From positions 12,838 to 76,837 of the forward strand of contig DF237389.1 of the NCBI GenBank assembly GCA_000708835.1: a stretch of DNA of 64,000 nucleotides, written 5' to 3'. The DNA comes from Klebsormidium nitens. Taxonomy: Eukaryota > Plantae > Klebsormidiophyceae. Of the stretch, positions 42,288-55,559 are shown in pieces; the stretch's first letter is position 1, and each line of letters starts with the position of its first letter. Position numbers and translations under genes: made by a program. The notes under the pieces are model-generated. The model was not told the origin of the DNA. It did no database searches and worked only from the letters and a program-made list of their open reading frames with translations.

Positions 42288-45200
42288 TTAGAACGGTTTT
42301 GGTCTCCATAGGTGTAATGATCTATCATAGAAAGAGCATGTTGCAACCAGGCCACAGGGAAAGGCACCTTCTCGTAACGACTTCCCGCTCGCACTGACCT
42401 CTTTCGTCCGCGAGAAACCCTTTCTAGAGACGCCCCCTAAGGCCTCTGAACCTAACGTGCCCGAATCTGCATGCAGTTGTTTAACCAAGGAGACTAAGCT
42501 TCTGTCTCCTCCAACCTCACCGCTTTCCAAGCACTCAGTTTTTGCTTCAGTCGCCGCTTTCAATCCAGTACCAATGATCTCCGGCTGGCCGCCCGCCAAC
42601 CCGGAATGCCCCGCCGCTCTCTCTTCGCAGAGGCTTTCTTCCGCCGGACTTGCCGTAAAAGTCTCAGACACTTGCCCCTGGCATGTTTCGTCGAAAGCAT
42701 TGTGGATCTCAGAACAAGACTCCGAGTCGGGCTCGCCCTGAAACTGTGTGAGGGCTCGAGGATGGTAGCACCAATCTGCTCCGTATGTCAGCGAACCGTG
42801 CGCAACGTACTCCTCTGTAACGGCTACCTCGCCATTGTCAGGGACCTGGTCAGAGAATCCTCCGTTAGCAAAACTTTTTGCAACTCGACTAAGTGACGTG
42901 GGGACCCATCGGATGAGGGATCGTGAAGGTGCTCCATATGAGTCCCATCGTGCACATGTGTGTGCAGTCGTCTACAAGAGGGTCTACTTCAGATCACTTC
43001 TTGACTCACGAAAAGGTCTCTTCACATGAAGCCACATTAAAGAGGAAAGGACACACATCGCCAAGAACGAGTCTGTTTGGCAATCCGATTCAGCCTTCCT
43101 CCGCAAAGGTGAAACATCACATGAAAGTCGTTTCAAACAGACCTATCCAGCACCATATCCGAATGGCCCTATCCAACGGTCAGTCAATCTTCACATAAGA
43201 AGAGTTGCTTCTTGCTTCCCGAAACTCCAATCAGTCCCAAAAGCATATCGGGCATTTTTGGCGTCCAGCGAAGAACAAACCGCCAAAACGGTCCGGGCAG
43301 CTCGATGCCACTGGCAACATCAAAACTCGGCTTTTTCCCCAGCCAAACGTACTTCTACGCACAGACACGGCTTGAAAACGTCCAGAGCAAAGACTCGAAG
43401 ACTCACAGAGAAGATCCGCGCGCCACCGTGCATGCAGGCCCCCAGAAGGAGGCCCACGGCGTGGGGGTGCCATTTGAGCCGCCACACGCCCCCCCCGACC
43501 TGGGCGCCGACGTGCACGCACACCGGGCGGCGCAGGTTCCGGTTGTCCCACACACGAACACGCTCGTCGTAGCTGCCGCTGACGAACTCGTGCTCCTGAG
43601 ACAAGCATAGCGGACACAGAAGTCCATTTCAATGTAGTACATTGAGTTTGTCAGGACGCTTCGTTTTGACATGGAACAGAAAGAGCGACAGACGGCTTTC
43701 ACGAAGGCGTCTCCAAGTGATCAGGTTAGAAAGGCATGAACCGGTACAGAGCCGATCCTTTGCCTTTTGCGACCATCACACGCACTAAGTTTTCCCAACC
43801 AAGTTTTCGTATTCATTGTCAAACACCTCATCCTCGCAAGTATGAGTCCATCAATGAGGGTCCAATCGAGACGGACCTTCGAGGGGTTACTTGCGAGCGT
43901 GCACACCCCCATGGCGTGCTCTTTCCTGTTGCTGAATGCCGGTGCGCCACAATCTGTACGCAGGTCCCAGCCTTTCATCGCGCAGTCGTCCGCACCCGAA
44001 TAGACCAGGTTCGTGTCCCACCGGTCGAATGACGCAACCCAGACCTCGAGATCGTGGGCGGGCCAAGTTTGGGAGAGTGTGACGCCGGCAGGGGAGAAGG
44101 AGAGGGAGGCGATCTGGCCGTCTGACTGGCTCACGACTACCTGGTTGGAACGACGGAGGAGGTTAGACGCTGGCACACCTGGCTGTTAACTTCTTTTGCG
44201 GAAGGCCTTGCAAAACCCGCCCACGAGAATGAACTCCGATTGCCTGGCGGCGTTGGATATGGCCATTTGGAGGCTTCGCAACCATTGAATGTTTGACTAC
44301 TACGGTAATGTGCAAGCCAAAGCGGGCTGAGTGAAGTGTGGACTGGCTGACGCTTGAGGCATATACTCCTCTTTGGTTGCTCAGACTCGCTTTTTGTTAC
44401 GCGGCCCAACTGGACGTTGAAGACAGATGCTAAGGAGGAAAGGAGGACAAAGCTCCTTTGAATACACTCCTGACGTCTAACAAGCTATGGCTCGAAGTGG
44501 ATCGAGAGGCAGCCCCAAGTTCCTTTAATCGATTTGTCTTTCTCGCACATTAAACAGAAAACCCTGGAAAAGGTGGTGGATCCAGAAGTTGCTTCCAAGC
44601 AGGAAACGATGCCTTGAGTGGTTCTATTTCAATCGATCTTCTAAGATCAAGCTTCGAAGAACTCTATCCGAAAGCTCAGAAGCATCTAAGAGTTTCGGGC
44701 TGAAACTTCTGGTTGTGGCAGAAACCGAAGCAATAATTGGCATCTCGGGAGTTCTCTACTCATTGGCTTCTTTCTGAATTATATGCAGAGGAGGGGCGCA
44801 ATCCACCGTCTGATTGTGGCTTTTAGTACCAACAACTATCTTCAACAATTCATGTCTACCTGAACCTTTGGTCATTCCTAAGACAAATGGGAGGTCAGAC
44901 TGTGCCTACAGAACCCCCTCAAAGGCTTGATGCAGCTTCAACAACAGCAAGGTTTATCACTTTGATCCAAGAAAGGCCCTTACGTGTTCCCCTGTCGTTG
45001 GGCGCCAATCCAGCGAGAGGCACATGGCCTCGCCAACTTCACACCTTGAGAGATGCTCCATTGAAGCTGACTCTGCAGCCCTCAGAGAGTAGAAGGACAG
45101 CGACCCGTCTGCGCTGGCTTGCCCCAGGCACGGCGCCGAGTCGAGCAGCTGAGGCGCCCACTTGAGGTCAAAGATGCCAGCTGTGTCCTGCTCAAGAACG

Positions 45201-45782
45201 CGGCGCATCCTGGAAGGGCAAGAAGTGCTGTCATCCAAGCCTTCCCATTATCTAATTGATCTTCGAATCAATCAAATCCGTGTACTGGTGGTGGTTTCAT
45301 GTTTGTCCTGATTCTCAGTAAACAGGCACACAGCGCAAGTGTTTCCTAAGTTGGCATGAGGACCTCCGAGTTGCAAGATGCGTTTCTCTGGATCATGATA
45401 AGGGGTCAACAAAACAGCCGAGTTGCAAGATGCATTTCTCTGGATCATGATAAGGGGTCACCAAAACAGCAAAAAGTGCGATAAAGCGCTTTCTGTGACA
45501 AGCAGAATCGTGTCCCAGTACTGCATTCGCGAGTGCTTGATGTGGGTGGTGCATGAAGCAAAAGCCCAAAACTACCACCCTCACTCACTTGGGGTCAGTT
45601 TGAACACCATCTGCGCTTGTGTCCACATCATAGAGGTACAGCTGGCCCAGCCGCTGCGGGGGATCCCCCTCCACCAGGTTGTAAGTGGCTGCCGCCAGAA
45701 AGTTTTCAAAGCCCTCGATGGGGCAGAACTCAACAGAGTCAGCATTGCCACCGAGCGTGTGCACATCTCTAGTTTGCGCCAT
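42288..45782 (-). CDS. DPH7: WD40 diphthine methyltransferase homologue (DPH7/WDR85)
   Basis: N-terminal GNADSVEFCP...LAAATYNL...RLGQLYLY, then AGIFDLKW, AHDLEVWVASFD, YSGADDC, H-x-MGV, SGSYDERVRVWD, GGGVWRLKWHP, ACMHGG, HGSLTYGADW and C-terminal VATCSFYDRSLHLW. The acceptor of the last exon could not be fixed exactly. Confidence 0.88.
45366..45469. repeat. 52-bp direct tandem duplication in DPH7 intron 1
   Basis: Units 45366-45417 and 45418-45469 differ at 2 positions. Confidence 0.95.
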
Positions 45783-46421
45783 AGAAAGCGGGGCCGCCTT
45801 TCAAGCACACACGGTGCAATGCTGTGTGGCCCACGCGCTTGTCAGAGAACATAGAGTCTTGGGTTTCAGAAAGGAGTGCTGCACCTTCGGGGCATGCAAC
45901 TCTTTTCAATTGCTTACGGCGCTAAGGCTGACACTCCCAGCTCAATTTGATGTGGCCCATCTCGAAATTTCCTGCAAAATACCAGCTCGAGCTTGAACCC
46001 AATACAGTCACACTGCGAAGGTAATGTCAGAACTGCTGTGGAGGGACTACAAAGGGTGTGCACCACCTGTGTCCCTCTGCGATCTGCTTGCGGCTTCGCC
46101 TCTGCCTCAGGCTCTAGCCTAATAGGTCCTAGCTGGGTCTGAGCGTAGCGCCCTAGCTGCAACTCGGGCCTTGAAGTTGAACAGACTTCACACCGACAGC
46201 CTTGGAAGTTGGCAGGCCTCGAGCATGGGTCTCCTGAATTTCAAGGTGGAGGCTGGCCCAGGTTTGTCGTCGAAACTTTCACAGTTCAAATTGCCCGGAG
46301 GGCAAGTCGACGCCGACGCTTTCAATAGATTTGCTGGAGAAGAAAGTCGCGCTGCGAAGCTTTCTTCGTCCTCTTTCTCACTACGATTGACCAGCAGGAT
46401 TAGGCTCCCTGCGCCAGCAAG

Positions 46422-49248
46422 ATGAGGTGAGCGGGCCCCCCTCCCTTCTCCCTCTCCTGCCCTTGCCCGCGTTATTCTACTCCTTAAGGTTATCAATGTG
46501 GTGTCAAGAGATTGCTTATGCTTAGCGGTGAAGATGATGGAATGCGGCTGAAGTGCAGACATTCAGCAAGTCTGTCCACAGGGTCTGCCAAGAAATCTTT
46601 GCAAGCTCGCACTTTCGCCTGAGTGCTGATGCACAAGTTGTAGCACAATGGGCTGCTCGTCCATGGGCCGTGGCCAGTTTCTTTCGTATGCTTTACCATT
46701 ACCGGCTGCAAGGAGGGTGCAAACTATTGAAGCATCTGCTTTGGGCTTTCGGGTGGAACGGGAATGGATTTGCGGCAAAGAAACATCGGGAGAGCGCTTT
46801 CCAGGGACAAAGTGATGATCTGGACATCATTACCAATATAAAAGCATATATCACAGGCGCAGCTAGGCCGGTGCCATTTGATGGTGAATCTATATCACTT
46901 TGAACCTATCTCTATCTGTTTCCTTGTAGCTGATGTCTCTTGCCTACAACGAAGGTTATTGTTAAATGACAATATTCGTAGGTTCTTACTGCCCATGCTT
47001 GAGAGCAGGGCAGTCAGTTTCGTTGTTGTGTTGTGGTGGCGCCTAGGTTTCGTTGATTTACAGGGTTTCAAACATCGGAGTTCGACACTGTGGTCAGCAT
47101 CTCCTCTATTACTCGCATTTAATCGAACTCGGTTTGGCAACCCGGCACAACCGCCAAGGAGTGCTTGGTCCGTGCTGAACAACAAGCCCTTATCACCAGT
47201 GCTTCCGAAGTCCCTCTGGCGGGGGCCAAGTTCATTTGGGTGAATCTCCCACTCAGAGCATGTCCGTCCCCTTGACTTTCTCAAGAGGAATTGGAGTCAG
47301 CACTGTAACGCAGGTTGGTTCTGACCACCATCACTTTTTTCCCCTCTTGCAGCAAGCTCCAGAGCGACGTGTTGCGTGAGGCGATCACCGGCATCAAGAA
47401 CGATGCCGCTGAGAAGCAGCGCAAGTTCACGGAGACCATTGAGTTGCAGATTGGTCTCAAGAACTATGACCCCCAGAAGGACAAGCGGTTCAGCGGCTCC
47501 GTGAAGCTGCCCCACATCCCGCGGCCCAAGCTGCGCGTCTGCATGCTCGGTGATGCCCAGCACATTGAGGAGGTGAGGGGCCTGGTTTGCCTCTTTGCTT
47601 TAGGCTTACTCTCTTTCAAAAGGTGTTTTTCCTCGGTCAGCTCTGTCTTGGTACGCGTTGTTATTGGGCACGGCCAAGCATTCAAAGTTTGCATCCATAA
47701 TGGTCGCATGTACTCTGTTTGTCCTGGCCACAGAGAGCTTCAAGCACACTCATGAGTTTCAAGCGGACGTGTCATTGGTCTACTGCCAGGATGATTATCA
47801 TTACTTTGTTCTCTTGAATGGACTGCATGTGTGTGGAAGATGCTAAGTCAATGTCACATCCTGTGGAAGTTTCTCAGCCCACTGACATTCGTCTGCCGAT
47901 GCGCACCCCCATTTTGTTGTTCCATGATGAATCATCCAGTGCGCTGTTCCACAAGTCATACTTCTTCCTCGGAGCACTTTCCTGACGATGCGCCCCTTCT
48001 CTGTGCAGTCCAACGCGATTGGGCTGGACAGCATGAGCGTGGAGGACCTGAAGAAGCTGAACAAGAACAAGAAGCTCGTCAAGAAGCTGGCCAAGAAGTA
48101 CCACCAGTTCGTGGCCTCTGAGGCCATCATCAAGCAGATCCCACGTCTCCTTGGGCCCGGTCTCAACAAGGCCGGAAAGTTCCCCACCCTCGTTACGCAC
48201 CACGAGAACCTTGAGGGCAAGGTGAGCTGGCTGGGGCAAGTTTTACTGTGTGCTTCGTTTTCAAGGCCGGTTCTTTTTCGGGCTGAAGGTGGGATTATGA
48301 GCGATCTGGGGAGTTGTCTTTTGCAGGGTGAATGTGGATTCCAGCTAGCCTGTCTCGGCACTTGGCGAATCGTTGCTAACTTCGTTGCTTTCTGTTCGAT
48401 GCAACTTATTCAATCAACCAGGGAGTCAACATCGACCTGTGTAGAAGGCTGTGCAAGATTGTTGTATTTGCAGTCAACCCAGATTTGTCTGTATGCTCAC
48501 GTGACAGTCACCTTCATAGCGACTGCCGTTGACAATCTTTACCAAGGTGGAACTTGAACGACTTCCTTCTACGTTGCCTGACAAAGTACTTCTCCCTACC
48601 CCTTTGCTGACGGCCCTTGTTTTCGATTTCTTGCCCAGGTGAACGAGATCAAGGCGAGCGTCAAGTTCCAGCTGAAGAAGGTGCTGTGCCTGGGCGTGGC
48701 GGTGGGCAACGTGAGCATGGAGGACAAGGAGTGCTTCTCCAACATCCAGCTCAGCGTCAACTTCCTCATCTCGCTCCTCAAGAAGAACTGGCAGAACGTA
48801 AGCCACCCAGGCACCTTCTTGAGGCGTAGTCTGCCCTTTCAAATGGCTGCATCTCACTATTATGGCGCTCTTCTGCCAAACTTTGAAGAGGCTTTCAATT
48901 GAGTTGACGTGAAGTAGATCGTCTACTTTCAAGCTAGAAGAGGTCTGTTTGTCTGCTTTTGCTCTGCGACTCGTTGGTCAATCAGAAAACGCGCATTATG
49001 CCAAGTCGTTTCGAGGATTGCAAAGCTCGTCAGAGGGTTTACGGGAGTCATAACAATCAGATTTCGCTGGAAGATTCGATCCCATCCTGCCTCAGATGGA
49101 AACCCTTAAAAGTCTGAGGTCAGCAAGCTCTGCGCCACAGAGACAACGAAGCTTCGAGGTTTTGGTTGCTGACTCGGTCATTGGTTGTATGCAGGTCAAG
49201 TCGCTGCACCTCAAGAGCACGATGGGGCGGCCGTACCGCATTTACTAA
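46422..49248 (+). CDS. RPL10a: 60S ribosomal protein L10a (uL1), 216 aa
   Basis: Exons 46422-46426 (ATGAG), 47353-47572, 48009-48221, 48639-48797 and 49195-49248 splice in frame. They give [13 protein letters not shown]...[34 protein letters not shown]...[16 protein letters not shown]...[25 protein letters not shown]-stop. Confidence 0.97.
46803..46940 (+). ncRNA. Candidate intronic box C/D snoRNA in RPL10a intron 1
   Basis: Box C GTGATGA at 46812-46818 and box D CTGA at 46930-46933. A 7-bp terminal stem, AGGGACA (46803-46809) with TGTCTCT (46934-46940), has one G-U pair, and 2 unpaired nt precede box C (canonical K-turn geometry). The guide target was not identified. Confidence 0.5.
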
Positions 49249-49599
49249 GCGCACCTGTGAGCGAAGCGCCCAGAGGCCCGCCACCTCTGGGCAACCCAAC
49301 GTTGCAAACGCAACGCCACCAAGGCCCCCCCCAAAAGGGGGTCGATGGAAGCTCACACGGAGCGCTTGTGTAATCTGCTGGACAAGAAGCCTAATTGAGT
49401 TTTCCATCTGGTATTCCGTTCGTCACTGTCCAACCTCGTCATTGTGGCAATCCGGCGTTTGCCATGGCATGCTTCTGATGCAAGTTGAGGCGGCAGGGTG
49501 CGCATCATTTGAATCATGTGATGGTTGCACTTAGGTTGCGAATTCATTCACGGGCACTCTGCGCCGGTGGAGCATTGCAAGATACTCAAAGGCGATCTC

Positions 49600-50130
49600 C
49601 TCCAATGGAGGCCACGGGCACCACCATGCCGGCCGGCAGTATATCATATACCGTCGACGCCGGATGCACGCGCCCTGATACCCTGATTCAGTGGCCGGAC
49701 CACCGACCAATGATTTATAGTGTGGCGGCCTAGCCCAGGCTAGGCTGGAGATGCGTGCTGTCATTAAATGCAGGGGCTAGGGCTACATGTAAGGCTAGTG
49801 CTACATGTAGCCGGCTAGACGGTATAGCCCGCCGGACGTTTCAAATCTCATGCCAGGCGGCTAGCTGGTCACTATCTACAGTGGCCTTGCATGGCACGCA
49901 GTATGGTGCATTATTGTTCCAACGAACATGAGTTGCAATGATCATTAAAGATCGATATCTTTAAATCTATATGCATGTGTCATTCCGCGATCATTCATAA
50001 ATAATGATGCTAGCTGGCGACGGTGCTACAGTATTATGACTGTGCATTGCAATTGTGATTGCCGCGCCGCGGGTACGGTACATAAGTCTGCTCCAAATCA
50101 CAATCACTTCAGCATGCCTAGGCTACTGAG
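49600..50130. other. Intergenic tract rich in short palindromes, between convergent genes
   Basis: Dense ctacatgtag, tagccggcta, gctagc, atgcat, gatcgatatc, tgcaattg and gtacggtac motifs. Confidence 0.7.
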
Positions 50131-50583
50131 CGTAGAGCCGCCCCTCCCAAGTTGATGCAAAGATAAAAGACATATATGCATAGCCTCCGCATGACGCGTT
50201 CAATCATTCGTTGAATCAGAGCCCACTGAACATAATGCATACGCGCGACATGTTGTCGCCGGCCGAAACTGAGCTTCTTCACAAAGCTCGCTAGGTACTC
50301 AGTAAATACATTGTCAATCAATCAAACACAGAGCCGAAAGCTGGGCGCTACTTAGGACCCCAAGTTCGACGTTCAACATCCTACCAACACAACCTGTTCG
50401 ACGTTTTGCCAAGCAACATGAAGCGGTCCACGTTGCCGTTGAAATACTTTACAACAGCATCTACCAAACATATGGATGATCGACTCGGTTGCAGCAACGA
50501 ACTGCAGCAACAATTTGAGCGGTAGCTAAAGCAGCCATCAACGGTGATTGCTGTAACAACGTCGGTCAAAAAGGAACTTAACG

Positions 50584-53500
50584 CTACAAAAAGCGTGCCA
50601 TGGCTGTCACCAGTTTCTCTGGCCTGCACACACAGAGCACACGGGCAAGTTGACTCTGATCCGCCTCTGGAGCATCGCTAGCCGTTTTAGACGTGTCGAA
50701 ACTACCCTTCACTATTTTCCTCTCGGTCATGCGTCCGAAAAGACTTCACCCTTTCCCTGGTACTTTCTGATTCACCCTCCAAAAATCAAGTCGTTGCAGT
50801 CAGTGTTTCTGTTGTCGTGGGAACACAGGTTGCCCACAATCCCCAAAGCGTTAACTCGAGAAGCATGACGAAAAAACTGATTCCCAGCCCATTGTCGAAA
50901 CGCTGAACTAGGGACTGTAATAACCAAGAAGTGAACCACAAAGACTAAGCCAAGATGCTTGACTATCCCTCCAACCCTAAAGCCCTATGTTTGGCTTTGA
51001 ATTTTATAACGCGGCCCCACATCTGTAATCCCGACACATAATGAGTGTCATCGAACCAGTCAACGTATTTTTCCTTTTCTTTCTCGGCTTCCGCCCAAAA
51101 AGAGAATGAAGCTCACCAGTCGTCTTGCGGCTGGTGCGCCGCCCCGTCTAGATACTGCACCTCGATCGCATCCGGGTTGATCTTGGCAAACTCTTCCGCC
51201 TCGCTCTTGGGCAGATACTTATCGCCGGCGCCCCACGCAATCAGCGTCGGGATGTCCCACTTACCAGGCGCGAACCCGGCTGCCAGCCTGCCCGGGAGTT
51301 CGTTCACCGGGGCTTGCCGCAGGGTTTCTAATAGAGCTGCAAAAGCGCCCGGGGGATTTGTTAGCGGGCGGTGATTTGTCAGATCCGAGCGAGCTAGTCA
51401 AAACTAGGAGCACTTGTGCAACTTCTTGGTTCTGGTCAAGTGTGTGATGAATCTGCTCGATCAAACGAGGGTGCCAAAGAAAGAGGGGGATGCAATTGCC
51501 ATCTTTTCGGAGAGTCACATTATAGTCAAGGAGAAGGGCAGCTTTAAACAAGTAGCACAGCACAGGAGCCACGACTGGACGACAAAAGGAAAAGCGATCG
51601 ACGTTGCCGGATGAGTACACGCAATCCTAGCTATTCAACATAGCAGAACTGCTTCCGCTTTTCGCTTCAAGATATTCGACGCAAGATGCGCATCGAAACA
51701 ACGTGCTGCGCTCGAAAGAATACTCTCCACGTCCCCGTCAACAAGACTCTGGCAAACTGGATCACTTCACAGCAGCAAGACACATTTCCTGCAAAGACCG
51801 AACGGGCCGCAGGCGCGAAGGTGACGTCACTGACCGAAGCCCGCGTCGGAGGAGTCGAGGTAGGGTATCCGGTAGACGTCAGCATCCTCCACGTCTAGCA
51901 CGTACGGGCCGCCCTTCTCAATGAACCGCTCCGCCAGGACCGCGTTCTGGCTCGCAAACTCGCCTGCACGGACGGAACAGCGGAATGACGGAACGGATCG
52001 AGATTGGGCAGTCAGAGACCTGAAGGAAGGGCAGGGAAGAAACAACCGGCTGTGATCAAGAGTGGGGCGCTTGTTTCCGAGACAGGCAGCGAGAAGAATG
52101 GCGGATGGGACGACTGAGAGAGACTGGAACAAGAGACACGTGGCCAAAGAGGGCGACAATAAACGGCCAATCGCAGAGCTAGCTTTTATTTCATCACCGG
52201 CTCATCGGGTTAGACAGCAAACGCCCTCATGTCTTTGATTCTGCTGAGTCGACATTCATGACGCGACCCGGCTCCAAGCAAAGCGCAGCAACAGGGGCGT
52301 GCTGACGCTCCATTCCGCAACCGCTAGGTCTCTCGGCTGTCATACGCGATCCCCAAGCCTCATATCATACCATAGTCCAGATGGCTCCGAGTTGGTGTGA
52401 GCACATCACTGTCGACGTGGCCGGAAGGCATCTGGTTGGCCGCATCAGAGGACGCTCAACCCAACGCTACATACGGTCGGTTCAAACCGACGCTCACACG
52501 TGCGTGTCGGCTCTTCAAAGTTCTCGCCCACGAACGTAGCTGCAGGTTGTTTAGCACAATGAATCCTATTTGAGCAAGCTTTCTCCCGCCACGGAATCTG
52601 ACAGCCCTCTCCGCAGCTGTTCACACAAGCTGCGTGCTCTCGTCCGGTTTCTTCCGCGTACTCACCCACGGTTGGTAGCCGACGCTTGTTGAGCACGGTT
52701 ATAACTTTAGAAACTCAAACGTTCTCCTTCCGGGAATCCTGACAGCCAACTCAGCAAGCACAAGCTCTCTCCTCCATTCTTCATGCTTGGGTTGGAAGGT
52801 TGTGGCCGAAGCAGTCATTGTAACCAAGTGCTGGGCTTCTTCTCCGAGCACTCACCGACGAACGGCAGCCGCAGGTTGTTGAGCGCAAGCGGCAGCTTCC
52901 CGCCTGACGTCAGCGGTGTGTTGAGGATTACCAGCTTGGCCACGCGCTCCGGGTTCTTCAGCGCCCACGTCAGCCCGTACGACCCCAGCACGAAACCCTG
53001 GACACGTGGCAGCAATCGACGGTGTCACAAAGATTCTACGACGAGGAGTTGACGAGAAACACTGGACACAAGACGAGAAATGTGTGACGGACTGTATGTT
53101 TGGCGAAACCAAAGACCCATGATTACCCTCATGTCAGCCCAGAAACGCACAAGCAGCTAGTTAAGAGCAAACCCTTTCCTGCGAAATTCGGACGACCGTC
53201 ACTTGCCCAAAGGTCTGTGGGCGTCGTAAAAAGGCGTATTTACAAGCTCGGAAACTTCATCGAGCAATCGGGGGAACTCCATAACATGCAAATGCCCCTA
53301 ACAGCTGGAGGAATCGTCGACACGGTTACGTTCATTGGTATGGGAGGAATTACGGTACAAGCGCCAGGTTGGACACGTGTCACTCACATGCGTGACGAGG
53401 TAGAATTGCTCTGGCATTTCCAAAGTTTCTAGCAGGCTGTCGAGCGCGCTGTGGAAGCCCGCCTCTGCACGAATGCAGGAGCGGGGTTCATCGGTCACCA

Positions 53501-55559
53501 GATTCTGTGCGTGATCCGTTCAACCTTTGCATTCAAATTCTGTGCGGAGAAGGCGGAACGCAACTGCCAAACCTGGGAGCTGTTTGGCTTGTTGGCAATT
53601 GCGAGGACGAGTCTTGTCAAATTGAAACTTCTTCCCAAAAAATCAAGGCAGATTCGACGAGACGGAGGCATCTTCGCCATTCAAAAAAGACCGAACGACT
53701 TAGGAAGCGCTGTGGAAGGCGTTAACAGGCCCCGCAAACTCAATCGAAGAAACAGAAGCACGGTTGTCATAACGCTGTTTTGGTGTGATGCACCCTAAGA
53801 CCTCGCGGGAAGATGACTGATTTCAGTAAGTCGACCGGCGGGAAGATGACTGATTTCAGCGAGTCGACCGGGCGATCGTGCGCACCTTTGTAGGTGAACT
53901 CGTACCCTGGCGCAGGCTTGTCGCTGAAGCCAAAGCCGAGCCAATCAGGAGCGTACACCTGGAACCCCTTGTCGGCGAGCTGCAGCACGAAGAGATTGTC
54001 GCTCAGCACAGACCCTTTCTCTGAGAGGCCTCGCATTTAAGAATTTCCCAATGTGGCGCGCTCAGAAGAAGAACCTCTAAAGACTGAAAATGCTGGCCCC
54101 AAACACAGGAATGAAGAAGGCGGATGAGATGAGTCGATTCGAATTGATGGATAGTGATGTCGTTCAAACCCTCCGACACAAGTCGGCACTTGCAATATGA
54201 TTCTGACGAAGCTTTAGAAACAGACAGCACAATATGGCTCAAGTAAACACCCCGAAATACCAGTCCCTGCAACCGGAAACGTGCCTGATTCACGGTCTTG
54301 ACGAAAACTCACAAACGGAGGGGTGCAGCACACCCTCGTTAATCACGGCCCCGAAATCTGATCGTACCGGCTCTACTCTGGCAGTATTCTCACAAAACGA
54401 CTGCGCAACGTTATTTCGTTGATACGTTCTTTCAGAAGGCCCGCTCCTATATTGTTGGCTCAATAGCCCCCGACCCAAAGACTCTGCCTACTGAATGGTC
54501 TCAACGTCAATCTAAGATGCCGAGGGCGCGGTACAATCTCATACACACCCCCACAAAGCGAACCCCGATTTCCAAAAACGCACCTGCTTCACCGTCTTGA
54601 CGTAGCTCCACGACGAGGAGGGCGCTCCGTGCAGCAAGAGCACGGGCGGGCGGCGGCGCAAGCTGAAGCCCTTGCACTCGCGCACCCACCAGTTGACGCC
54701 CTCGGGGACGGCGACGTAGCGGCCGTAGTCCTGGCCCTTGTCCTTGATCTGGGCCATCATCTGACCCACGTTGTAATCCTGCGCCAAACCGCGGGAATTT
54801 GAATCACTGATGCAAGAAAAGGAAGGTCTGTTGCAGGTGTCTGGATGGGTCTGGAACCACTATAAAGGCTTGAACTTCGCTCAGTCAAGGTACAAGGCGT
54901 TGGAGTCAGCAGACAAGTGAGTGTTGGCTTTGGAGTCTTGGCCCGCTCCAGGTACAGATCACTGGTCGTCAACCTTCGAGTTGCCGAGCCTAGTTGAAAT
55001 CTCGAGCTTTGGCGAGGCCTCAAGACTGTGGCCCTGTAAGCGGCAAACCAGGACGAAAGAAGGGACTTTGCAAGAGTTCTGAGCAGAAAATCAGGGACGA
55101 GGCTGCGCTCCAACCAGACGTACAACTATTTCCACTCACGCTTTGTCAACCCGCACTCAGTCATGTTCACTTTTACCTGCTTTTCCACCTCCCCCAGCTT
55201 TCTTCACTGACCTGGGCGGGCGTGTTCTCGAGCTGGATCGCCCCCTTGCTCGACTTGTTATTGGTCACCCACCCAAACAGCCCCCCTCCTTCCTTCTGTG
55301 GCGAACTCGTGGGCTTGCCACTTCCATCGTCCACCCACGTAGGATCGTCCTCCACAAACTTGGGGGGGTACTTCTTCTGCTCAGCTACTATGCGGGCGCC
55401 CCCGCCATTGGAGAGGCGCGAGGCAGAGGGGCAGATGGAGTGAGTGGAAGGCAGAGCGCCGGGACCAGTAGGTTTAAGGGCGTTGGCCCGTTGTGAGAGG
55501 GGGTCAGAAAGGGAGGTAAAAGCGGGGGGGGGCAGCTTGCATAGGCTGGAGGATGCCAT
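50584..55559 (-). CDS. Plastid-targeted alpha/beta hydrolase, haloalkane-dehalogenase-like (Arabidopsis At1g52510-like)
   Basis: A transit-peptide-like first exon is followed by VLLLHGAPSSSWSY, GFQVYAPDWLGFGFSDKP, GFVLGSYGLTWALKNP, ILNTPL, QNAVLAERFIE, DADVYRIPYL, WGAGDKYLP, GAAHQPQDDW and a last exon 50623-50584 (PEKLVTAMARFL-stop). Confidence 0.88.
53805..53870. repeat. 33-bp intronic tandem duplication just after a donor site
   Basis: gcgggaagatgactgatttcag..agtcgaccg occurs twice, at 53805 and 53838. Confidence 0.92.

Noticed and set aside
46915-46935. Resemblance of ttccttgtagctga to the 3' guide of U14 snoRNA
   Set aside because: The match is only partial, and the U14 domain A sequence is absent.
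47923-47984. ATGATGA...CTGA pair in RPL10a intron 2 as a C/D snoRNA
   Set aside because: There is no terminal stem, and the CTGAC coincides with the expected branch point of the acceptor at 48008.
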